From positions 1 through 44,107 of the forward strand of contig WJKS01000097.1 in NCBI GenBank assembly GCA_014728985.1: a stretch of 44,107 bases of DNA, given 5' to 3'. Positions 29,985-38,100 of this stretch are shown one piece after another (the first letter of the stretch is position 1; each line of letters opens with the position of its first letter). Under the pieces are notes generated by a model. That model saw nothing but the letters and a program-made list of their open reading frames with translations. It was not told where the DNA came from and did not search any database. Origin of the DNA: Candidatus Aenigmatarchaeota archaeon. GTDB taxonomy: Archaea > Aenigmatarchaeota > Aenigmatarchaeia > CG10238-14. Position numbers and translations under genes: made by a program.

Positions 29985-30695
29985 ATGTCGGATGACTTTG
30001 AAGGTTACGAGTTTGATTATGAAAGATTAAGTCCTGGTCTAAGAAGACATCTTCTTGAGACAATAAGAGGAGAATTCCCTGAAAAAGTTTATGAGACAAG
30101 TTTAGTTGATGATAATGGTGAAGAATATGATGTCGAGGTCACCGCAAGAAAAGAAGGAGATAGAGTTATACGTATTGTTGAAAGAGATTCCAGATACAGT
30201 GAAATGGACCCACCAATAGAGGGTCATATTGATACTAAAGGATATAGGATTATTGTTGATACAAATAAAATTCCTTATAGTTTAAGAGGGGAATTAGATC
30301 CAAATAGATCAATCAGGGAACAGGTAGAAGGAGAAAGGGAAGATTTGATCACCGAGGCAGTTCAGAGATTTATTGTGGGTGCTAATTATCGTGTCGGAGT
30401 CGGTGAAATTACTGAAGAAGAAAATCAGGAATATCAAGATAATATAGAAAGGGAAAGAAAAGATGAAAATAAAGTCCCTTATAATAGACGAGAAATATTA
30501 GAAGACCTACTTAAAGTTATTATCATTTTGGGTTCTGGATTATCTGCGTTCTGGTTATTTTCTAGTCAGAGAATAACAGCGAAATTTGTATCAGCAACAG
30601 GTTTATCTACGAGCATAGTTTATCGGCTGTTGACTTTTATAATTGTTTTAGGACTTACACTTTTTCTGATAAACAAAAATATTGAGAAGAAATAA
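29985..30695 (+). CDS. Hypothetical protein with acidic soluble domain and two C-terminal TMs
   Basis: 236-aa ORF bracketed by the 37-bp direct repeats. Confidence 0.7.
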   Translation: MSDDFEGYEFDYERLSPGLRRHLLETIRGEFPEKVYETSLVDDNGEEYDVEVTARKEGDRVIRIVERDSRYSEMDPPIEGHIDTKGYRIIVDTNKIPYSLRGELDPNRSIREQVEGEREDLITEAVQRFIVGANYRVGVGEITEEENQEYQDNIERERKDENKVPYNRREILEDLLKVIIILGSGLSAFWLFSSQRITAKFVSATGLSTSIVYRLLTFIIVLGLTLFLINKNIEKK

Positions 30696-30710
30696 CCTAT
30701 AATTTTATCG

Positions 30711-30747
30711 ATTAATCAGTAAATCAAAGTTATAATTGTATTCCCTT
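30711..30747. repeat. 37-bp direct repeat, copy 2
   Basis: ATTAATCAGTAAATCAAAGTTATAATTgTATTCCcTT. Confidence 0.9.
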
Positions 30748-30748
30748 G

Positions 30749-31204
30749 TTATTTCATCAGTTTCTTACAGAAATCTTCAATTTCCTGCGAATATTCTCCT
30801 GACTTAACCTTTATCTGCCCTATCCCAAAAGTAGCCACCGGTTTCCTGGTAATCTTTTCCATGTCACTGAAAGCCCTTGAAAAGCCAGACCCATAAGTAC
30901 AGAAGAACGCAACTTTTTCGAATTTATTCTCGGAGAGATATGTCCTTACTGCTGGTGCCATTGTTCCTGCCCAGACCGGAGTACCTATAATTACGAGGTC
31001 ATAGGATTCAGGCTTCTTATCGTATTTTATCCTACTTTTGTTTTTCATTAAAGCATCTTTCCCGCCGCCAAAATATCCTTTAAGACCTTTCCTGTCTTTT
31101 TCATCGATTATTTGATCTATATCTGCCTTTAGGATTTTAGCTATTTCTTCTCCAACTTTTTTAGTATTCCCGGTTCTTGAGTAGAATGTAACCAGTATTT
31201 TCAT
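30749..31204 (-). CDS. Flavodoxin-family protein
   Basis: FYSRTGNT FMN loop, YDLVIIGTPVWAG, VAFFCT. Confidence 0.92.
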   Translation of the reverse strand: MKILVTFYSRTGNTKKVGEEIAKILKADIDQIIDEKDRKGLKGYFGGGKDALMKNKSRIKYDKKPESYDLVIIGTPVWAGTMAPAVRTYLSENKFEKVAFFCTYGSGFSRAFSDMEKITRKPVATFGIGQIKVKSGEYSQEIEDFCKKLMK

Positions 31205-31322
31205 GTAATCCTGATAAATTATAAGTCTTTCTCTTTAAATTTGAATAAATATTCTTGAGTTTATGAAAACAAAACGAAATAAATTATAAGTTGAAGAAAA
31301 CTTAAATTAAATTTGATATCTT

Positions 31323-32228
31323 ATGATAATTCCATTTTTCACTGGGCTGTTGTTAATATTCACTATAGCTATACTGACTTACTCCTATTACAATAAACCA
31401 AAGGACGGTCTGTTCGCTATCCTTATATTGATCTCATTCATTCTGATAATTAATCAGGACTGGTATGCATCCGCGTTATCAATATCCCTTCTTATCTATT
31501 CTCTATTATTTGCAAAAGAGACCTCTTACATTCAGTTAGCGACCTTCTCAATGATAGGGTCCATCGTCTTTGGTTTCTTCCTCTTCAACTATTTCACGGG
31601 AAACCAGTTGGTTCATACAACCTGGGTAATCATCGGGACTTTAATTCTGATGTGTTATCTGACCATTCAGGGGATTTTTGAGGACGATCTGGAAAAATAT
31701 CTTATAATCTCCAATTTCATTCAGACCCTGTTTGTGTTTCTGGATCTTTCTGTAGCCAGTGTATCCGGTAGCATCGCCAAATTAGGTACAATCCAGATTT
31801 TCAACTATACTTTTGCAGGATCACTATTATTTTTAACTTTAGGAATATTGTCAAAAGATAACAGGAGAACGAAGATAAGTCAGTTGAGGGGTTCCAATTA
31901 CAGAAACTCATTAATCACTTTTTGTGCAAGCATAGCAGCATTATCCCTGTCAGGAGTACCCGGATTAAACATGTTTGTGAGTGAGTGGCTATTATTCCAG
32001 AAAGCCTTCCTAATTTCACCTGTGATAACAATATTCGGAATATTCCTGGCATTGTTATTATTTGTTATGTATTTCAAACTAGTTTATGTGCTTTCGGTCG
32101 GGGACAGTAAGGTCAAGGAGAGATCCCCTGTTCTACTGAATATTATTAGTGTTAGTTTATCGATTATTTGTATACTGTTTGGTTTGCTTCCGAACTTACA
32201 ATATCTTATACTTGGTTTGGTGGGGTAG
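31323..32228 (+). CDS. Shortened proton-conducting antiporter-like subunit (MrpD/MbhH/NuoM family) of a group 4 hydrogenase
   Basis: EDDLEKYLIIS, SLLFL..G, LSLSGVPGLNMFVSEW motifs; only 301 aa. Confidence 0.8.
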   Translation: MIIPFFTGLLLIFTIAILTYSYYNKPKDGLFAILILISFILIINQDWYASALSISLLIYSLLFAKETSYIQLATFSMIGSIVFGFFLFNYFTGNQLVHTTWVIIGTLILMCYLTIQGIFEDDLEKYLIISNFIQTLFVFLDLSVASVSGSIAKLGTIQIFNYTFAGSLLFLTLGILSKDNRRTKISQLRGSNYRNSLITFCASIAALSLSGVPGLNMFVSEWLLFQKAFLISPVITIFGIFLALLLFVMYFKLVYVLSVGDSKVKERSPVLLNIISVSLSIICILFGLLPNLQYLILGLVG

Positions 32229-32229
32229 A

Positions 32230-32376
32230 ATGGGAAGAAAGAAGACAACATACCTGGGAGGAGAGGATTACAAGATGAACGAAGTACTTCCAAAAGACTT
32301 TGACATGTTCTTCAGTAAGAGATTACTCTACCTGGTTTTGGCGATATTGTTTTTGATGGTGGTGATACTGGTTTGA
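32230..32376 (+). CDS. Small membrane subunit, MbhI-like
   Basis: ATG 32230, MGRKKTTYLGGED...one TM; YxGGE motif and position between the antiporter and small subunit. Confidence 0.6.
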   Translation: MGRKKTTYLGGEDYKMNEVLPKDFDMFFSKRLLYLVLAILFLMVVILV

Positions 32377-32798
32377 CAATGATTAAGAAATCACCTTGGG
32401 TAAGTCTTGTTAACTGCTCTGGATGTAATGGGTGCGCAATATCTTGCCTGCCCCTGATTACCCCCAAGTATGACGCAGAGAGATTTGGTATCAAGTTAAA
32501 ACCGAGCGCAAGGCACGCAGATATATTATTGGTAACAGGACCGACAAATGAAAAAACAAAACACGCGCTAAAAAGAATTTATGATCAGACTCCCAAGGAG
32601 AAGAAGGTTGTTGCTGTAGGTAATTGTGCAATATCCAGGTGTGTTTTCAAGAATGGATACAATACCAAGCAAAATGTTGATGAGGTTGTCCCAGTTGATA
32701 TGTATATTCCCGGATGCCCGCCGATAACTGAGGCTATATTACATGGAATAGTTAAACTGATAGGTGATTTAGATAAAGGTAAAAAAAGTAAAGCTTAA
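32373..32798 (+). CDS. Group 4 [NiFe]-hydrogenase small subunit (MbhJ/EchC/NuoB-like)
   Basis: GCNGC, YDAERFG, RHADILLVTG, GNCA, PVDMYIPGCPP. Confidence 0.95.
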   Translation: MTMIKKSPWVSLVNCSGCNGCAISCLPLITPKYDAERFGIKLKPSARHADILLVTGPTNEKTKHALKRIYDQTPKEKKVVAVGNCAISRCVFKNGYNTKQNVDEVVPVDMYIPGCPPITEAILHGIVKLIGDLDKGKKSKA

Positions 32799-33114
32799 GG
32801 ATTTCGAAAAAGAAATCAAAAAAAGGAAGAATGGAAGACTGATAGCAATATCTGGAGTTGATGAGGGAAAGGATTTTTCGGTTTACTATCATTTTGACGA
32901 TAAGAAAGATGTTGAAAATCTGAAAGTAGATTTACCAAAAGATAGACCCAAGATACCAACAGTTGTTTTTGATTTCCCGTCTGCTGAGTTGTATGAGAGG
33001 GAAACACATGACTTCTTTGGAATAGAGTTTGAAGGTAATCCTAATCTTCATGAAAAATTGTTTTTACCTGAGGATTTCAAGGGAAAACCACCACTGTTAA
33101 AGGAGGAAGATTAA
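32773..33114 (+). CDS. NuoC/MbhK/EchD-like subunit, missing from the ORF track, probable ATA start
   Basis: Translates IKVKK...GRLIAISGVD...YYHFD...FPSAELYERETHDFFGIEFEGNP...LFLPEDF..KPPLLKEED*; GGTGA SD 5 nt upstream of ATA. Confidence 0.88.
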   Translation: MKVKKVKLKDFEKEIKKRKNGRLIAISGVDEGKDFSVYYHFDDKKDVENLKVDLPKDRPKIPTVVFDFPSAELYERETHDFFGIEFEGNPNLHEKLFLPEDFKGKPPLLKEED

Positions 33115-34272
33115 TTGTCAGAATCTCATTTTTGGATCAAAGACGGTATTAGATTTGTCTACTTATCTGGGGATAGCCCTTATGAAATTGGTTATAGTCA
33201 TGGTAGACTTTTGAAGGAAGAAATAGGAGAATTCATTGAAAAAATAAAGAACTTGATAAAGGGAGAATTTGGTGGTTTTTTAGGTACAATAATTCTTAAA
33301 TTCTTGATTTTTAGGATAAATCTTTTAAAGAAGAAAATACCGCCTGATGTGCTTGAGGAAATGAGGGGAATAGCAGATGGAAGTGGGCAAGACTTAAAAT
33401 GGATAATTACATCTAATGAGGGTTATGAGGTTTTTGTTTCTCTCCAAGGTTTATTAGGATTATATAGATGTTCATTTTTTGCTGCGCCTTGGAAAGATTC
33501 TGATTACACTGTGATTGGTAAGACGACTGATCTGACAAATTATTCGCCTTTGTCCGATATATTCTCAAAAAAGAGAGTAGTTTTCATCTATGATTACAAA
33601 TGGTTGGGGAAAAAAGTTATCAATCTTTCTTTTCCTATGTGCCTGTCAGGGGATACTAGTATTCTTGAAGACGGTTCTATGTGTGCGTTTAACGATGGTG
33701 GATGGGCCAGTGGAATTAATTTTAGAGATTTACCAGTATTCATTATAACCAAGCAGGCTTCGAAAGTAAGTAAAAATGCTTCTGATTTATTGGGAAATAT
33801 CAAGAAATACAAAACGATGAAACCTTATGTTTATTTGATTAGTGACGGCACAAAAGAAAATTCATTTTTGGTCGAGGCCTGTGAAGGAGATTATTTTGTA
33901 AAGAAGTTCGACGGACGTTTAATAAATACTAATCATTTTGAATCAGAGGAAATGAGAAAAAAGCATTATAAGAAAGGCTATGAAAATGATATTCTATATA
34001 CCAACACCTTTGAAAGATATAATAATCTTAAAAATAATGTTAAGGAGTTTTCTAACCTGAAAGAGGCAATAGAGGTTTTGAAGATACATGAGGACACATT
34101 TAAGATAGATAACGGTTCTATTTCAAACCTAGGGACTGTTCAAGCATATGTTTATTTTCCAAGGGAGAGAAAATTACTTATCCCCGATGGTCAGAAAGCC
34201 CCTGTTACTCTTAATAGTAAGTGGGTAGATTTCAGCCTAGACGAAATTTTTAACCACAAAAAACAAAGTTGA
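33115..34272 (+). CDS. C45 family Ntn-hydrolase (autoproteolytic acyltransferase/peptidase)
   Basis: PYEIGYSHG.LL, EEMRGIADG, putative nucleophile RCS, NTNHF, ERY. Confidence 0.82.
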   Translation: MSESHFWIKDGIRFVYLSGDSPYEIGYSHGRLLKEEIGEFIEKIKNLIKGEFGGFLGTIILKFLIFRINLLKKKIPPDVLEEMRGIADGSGQDLKWIITSNEGYEVFVSLQGLLGLYRCSFFAAPWKDSDYTVIGKTTDLTNYSPLSDIFSKKRVVFIYDYKWLGKKVINLSFPMCLSGDTSILEDGSMCAFNDGGWASGINFRDLPVFIITKQASKVSKNASDLLGNIKKYKTMKPYVYLISDGTKENSFLVEACEGDYFVKKFDGRLINTNHFESEEMRKKHYKKGYENDILYTNTFERYNNLKNNVKEFSNLKEAIEVLKIHEDTFKIDNGSISNLGTVQAYVYFPRERKLLIPDGQKAPVTLNSKWVDFSLDEIFNHKKQS

Positions 34273-34276
34273 TATT

Positions 34277-35434
34277 ATGCATGATTTTTCGTTACCAATA
34301 GGTCCAGTCAACCCCTCGATTAAGGAGCCTGCCTGTATCCAGTTAAATCTGGATGGAAATATGATAAAAAATGCTAAGCTCAATTTGGGATATGCCCATA
34401 AAGGAGTGGAGCATCTGCTAGAAGGCAAGAAAATAGAACAGGCCTTATATATCGCCCAGAGAATATGTGGGATATGTTCGTTCTGTCACAGTAATGGTTT
34501 CAATCAAAGTATAGAAAAGATTCTGGACTATGATGCTCCCAAGAGAGTTAAGTACATCAGAACATTGGTTACAGAACTTGAAAGGATTCAGTCACATATG
34601 CTTTGGATGGGTTTCATGTTCCATGAATTTGGTTTCGAAACCATGTTCCAGTATCTTCTGAGAGATCGTGAGCATGTGCTTCAGTTATTTGAAAGAGTTA
34701 CAGGTGGAAGAGTACATCATGCAATAAACAAACCCAAGACAGTAAGGTATGATCTCAAAAAGCAGGACATTACTTTCATTCTTGAGAAAATGGATTTACT
34801 TGAAAAACAATTCAAAAAATATTTTGGTATTATCAAAAAAGATGGGGTTACAAAAGAAAGATTGGTTGATGTAGGCTTAATTTCGAAAAAAAGAGCGAAG
34901 AGATTCTGTTTAGTAGGTCCCACAGCAAGGGCGTCTGGGATAAATAATGACATTAGAGATAAGCATCCTTATGACGCTTATCCTTACTTAGATTTTGAAG
35001 TAATTATGAGAAAAAAAGGTGACGCATATACCAGACTAATAGTTAGGTTGTTGGAAGTATTGGAATCAATCAAGATAATCAGGCAACTTATGAAAGGTCT
35101 TCCCGAACAAAAAATCCCTGAGGCAAAATTAATATTTATAGAGAAAGGAATGTCTACTTCTCAGGTTGAGGCACCCAGAGGAGAAAATTTCTATTTTACG
35201 ACAATAAAGAATAATAAAGTAGATAGGGCTAAGATAAGAACACCCACTTTTGCGGTGATAAATATTTTGCCCACATTACTTGAGAACAGACCTGTTGGTG
35301 ACGTTCCAGTTATACTCCACTCATTGGATCCCTGTTTTTCGTGCATGGAGAGGGTAATTATTGTCAAAGATAAGAAAAGAGAGGTTATTGATGAACATAC
35401 ATTTTTACACAAATATTGTGACCATCATCATTAG
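34277..35434 (+). CDS. Group 4 [NiFe]-hydrogenase large subunit (MbhL/EchE-like)
   Basis: L1 RICGICSFCH, ELERIQSH, VEAPRGE, RTPT, L2 DPCFSCMER plus a cleavable C-terminal extension. Confidence 0.96.
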   Translation: MHDFSLPIGPVNPSIKEPACIQLNLDGNMIKNAKLNLGYAHKGVEHLLEGKKIEQALYIAQRICGICSFCHSNGFNQSIEKILDYDAPKRVKYIRTLVTELERIQSHMLWMGFMFHEFGFETMFQYLLRDREHVLQLFERVTGGRVHHAINKPKTVRYDLKKQDITFILEKMDLLEKQFKKYFGIIKKDGVTKERLVDVGLISKKRAKRFCLVGPTARASGINNDIRDKHPYDAYPYLDFEVIMRKKGDAYTRLIVRLLEVLESIKIIRQLMKGLPEQKIPEAKLIFIEKGMSTSQVEAPRGENFYFTTIKNNKVDRAKIRTPTFAVINILPTLLENRPVGDVPVILHSLDPCFSCMERVIIVKDKKREVIDEHTFLHKYCDHHH

Positions 35435-36272
35435 CATGCTGATGATGCTTCCGGTAGCTTTGTTACTGGACGGTATCTTCAGGAAACTGTTAGCGAAAGC
35501 TCATAATAGAGTAGGACCGTCAATTTTTCAACCATTCTATGACTTATTCAAATTATTTGAGAAAAAAAGAAGCGATTCTGCTGGATACAAAAGTTTATTT
35601 TTCAGGGTAGTTCCAGTTCTTTATTTCTTATCAACCTATTCCCTTTTCCTGTTTATATTGGGTGTAATACAGTTCCAGTTTGATTTTATTCTCCTGATTT
35701 ACATGATTGTTCTTAGCAGTGCTTTGTACATACTTTTAGGATTAGTTTCTAATTCTCCATTTGGCGTGTTTGGTTCTATGAGAGACATGCTGTTGATGAT
35801 ATGCTATGAGGTGGCCTTAACAGTCTGTATATTCAGTTTCATTGTTTACAGTGATGTCCTATCCTTATCACAGGTAAATCAGAGCTGGTTACTATTCAAG
35901 TTACCCTTGGTCAGTATTTGTATGGTTGTGATAACTTTGGTTGAAACCAGGATTACACCCTTTGATACCACTGATGCTGAGCCTGAAATAATGGGAAGTG
36001 TGGAAACAGAATTCAGTGGTAGAAGCCTGGGACTTTTAGAATTATCAAGACAATTAAGATTCTTATTTTTCATTCTATTATTGATCAGATTTCTTTTCAA
36101 TCCTGTTAGTGCTGTCAGTTTTATAATATTGTTTATTCTGATGTTCTTTATTTTATTACTCAGTGAAGCTACCAGCGCCAGGTTCAGAACTGACCAGACT
36201 TTTAATTGGCTTATTATTGTGTTGATGTTATCGGTTATGGGGTTTATTAGGATACATTTTTTGGTGTGGTAA
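35391..36272 (+). CDS. NuoH/MbhM/EchB-like membrane subunit
   Basis: RK..A....RVGP...QPFYDLFKLF.K, PFD...AE.EI....TEFSG, ARFR.DQ; ATG 35391 after GAGG. Confidence 0.93.
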   Translation: MNIHFYTNIVTIIISMLMMLPVALLLDGIFRKLLAKAHNRVGPSIFQPFYDLFKLFEKKRSDSAGYKSLFFRVVPVLYFLSTYSLFLFILGVIQFQFDFILLIYMIVLSSALYILLGLVSNSPFGVFGSMRDMLLMICYEVALTVCIFSFIVYSDVLSLSQVNQSWLLFKLPLVSICMVVITLVETRITPFDTTDAEPEIMGSVETEFSGRSLGLLELSRQLRFLFFILLLIRFLFNPVSAVSFIILFILMFFILLLSEATSARFRTDQTFNWLIIVLMLSVMGFIRIHFLVW

Positions 36273-36644
36273 ATGGGGATTAAAAAAGAAGTATTAAAGA
36301 ATCTTTTAAAGAGACCTTCAACTAGTAAATATCCAGGAAAGGAAATTGATCCTGAAGACAGGTTTAGGGGAAAAATCACTTTTGATAAAAAAGAATGTAT
36401 AGGATGTGGGCTTTGCAGAGCTTTTTGTCCAGCCGAATGTATAACACTAACCTGGAGAAAGAAGAAATTCGTTGTAAGGGGAGTTGAACATCAAAAAATA
36501 ATTCACCCAATTCACAAAATAGATATAGGTAAATGTATTCGATGTGGTCTATGCGTAGATGTATGTCCCGTGGATTGTATTTGGTTTACCAGTAAATTTG
36601 AATTGGCTGATAAGGATAAGAAAAAATTAATTAGTAAAATGTGA
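36273..36644 (+). CDS. 2x[4Fe-4S] ferredoxin-like subunit (MbhN/EchF/NuoI-like)
   Basis: T.KYP, FRGK, CIGCGLCRAFCP and CIRCGLCVDVCP. Confidence 0.95.
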   Translation: MGIKKEVLKNLLKRPSTSKYPGKEIDPEDRFRGKITFDKKECIGCGLCRAFCPAECITLTWRKKKFVVRGVEHQKIIHPIHKIDIGKCIRCGLCVDVCPVDCIWFTSKFELADKDKKKLISKM

Positions 36645-36657
36645 TAATTATTTCCCT

Positions 36658-38091
36658 ATGAAAAGGGATAAATCCTCACTAACCTATGACGATTTTTTCC
36701 GTTCAGTTTCTGACATCCTAGAGAAAAGGAGCCTTCTGATAATTTTATTTGTTTTTTCAACAGTATTTTTCATTTTCCAATATACCACAGAACTCTCATG
36801 GGATTTTACTGTTTATTTGATGAACGCAAAGTATTTCTTGGAAGAAATAAACTTTTTTGAGTGGGCTAGGCCCCCCTTACCGTCATTTTTAATGAGTTTA
36901 TTTAGTGTTTTTGGTTGGAAAGTATCGCCTATCATTTACATAATCTTCACGTCTTTCCTATTTCTATTTTCTTCTGTAAAATTGGCAAGTTCTTTTGGTT
37001 TTAATGAGAATTTATTCTATTTAATTTCTCTATCACCTTATGTTCTCATATACGGGACTTTTATTGGTACGGAATTGTTGGCATTTTCATTAATAGAACT
37101 TTTTTTAGCATATTTCAAAGAAGGTAGGGAGAGAATCGCAGCCATATTTTTGGGACTTTCCACCCTGGTTCGGTATCCAAATATCATATTCCTATCTCTA
37201 CTCGCATTCCATAAAAAACCTAAGAAGATATTTGTCTCTTTTCTTTTAGTAGGCCTCATTTGGGTTCCTTGGCTGACTTTTAATTATATCAAATCCGGGA
37301 GCCCCTTGACTAGTTTCTTAGACTCTTATGCGTTAAATATCTCCAACAGAAATAATAACTTTTATCTAGATTTCCGTAACTTCCTTTTGATTGGACTTCT
37401 TTTCCCGACCTTTATTTTAGGTTTAAGTCGTTTTGAGGTCAAAAATAAATTTCATTGGATTTTCCTGTTGATATTTTCACTGTCTTTATTTTCATATCTT
37501 AATGTTCCTGTTAAAGTTGAAAGATACCTTTTCAATTTTAGCCTTCCTTTAATATTCTTTTCATCCCTTTATTTGGAAGGGAAATTAAACAAAAAAATGA
37601 TGCTAATGCTTTTCATCTCGAGTTTATTTTTCTCTCTGTTCTTATTCAATCTTAGGGATTATGGTTATGGTGGAAGCGGTAGGAATCTTGAAAAAATTAT
37701 TGAAGGTATGGAAAAATGTAGAACTAAGTCAAATAATTGGGTTTTTCTGAATCATCTTGGTTTTACAACCGAACCATCTCCTTGGAAGACTAAGGTTTCA
37801 GAGGATATAGGAGAGGGTGTCAGGATCTTGTTCTTCAAAAACATATCAGATCCAGCTTACGTTCAAAACCAAACATTCCTTTCAGAGTTTCCGGTAATAA
37901 AGGATGGGGACTATTATATTTTATTAGGATATCCTGATGTTTGTCTGGACCAAATACCTGCCACTAAGACCTATATAGAAAGATTTGAGGAAAACACTGG
38001 AGAAAAATTAAGTACATGTGAAATAATTTTAGGGAACTTTATATGCGATTTTATGGACCATAACCAAAATCTTGATATTTCAATAAGATAA
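36658..38091 (+). CDS. GT-C (ArnT/PMT-like) membrane glycosyltransferase
   Basis: SWDF.VY, E..RPPL, TE, L.TLVRYP, ERY motifs; many TMs. Confidence 0.72.
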   Translation: MKRDKSSLTYDDFFRSVSDILEKRSLLIILFVFSTVFFIFQYTTELSWDFTVYLMNAKYFLEEINFFEWARPPLPSFLMSLFSVFGWKVSPIIYIIFTSFLFLFSSVKLASSFGFNENLFYLISLSPYVLIYGTFIGTELLAFSLIELFLAYFKEGRERIAAIFLGLSTLVRYPNIIFLSLLAFHKKPKKIFVSFLLVGLIWVPWLTFNYIKSGSPLTSFLDSYALNISNRNNNFYLDFRNFLLIGLLFPTFILGLSRFEVKNKFHWIFLLIFSLSLFSYLNVPVKVERYLFNFSLPLIFFSSLYLEGKLNKKMMLMLFISSLFFSLFLFNLRDYGYGGSGRNLEKIIEGMEKCRTKSNNWVFLNHLGFTTEPSPWKTKVSEDIGEGVRILFFKNISDPAYVQNQTFLSEFPVIKDGDYYILLGYPDVCLDQIPATKTYIERFEENTGEKLSTCEIILGNFICDFMDHNQNLDISIR

Positions 38092-38100
38092 ACTTATAAT

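Noticed and set aside
34277..35434. Large subunit as a non-hydrogenase NuoD/MbxL/Ehr homolog
   Set aside because: Both CxxC Ni-binding motifs, a cleavable tail and HycI are present
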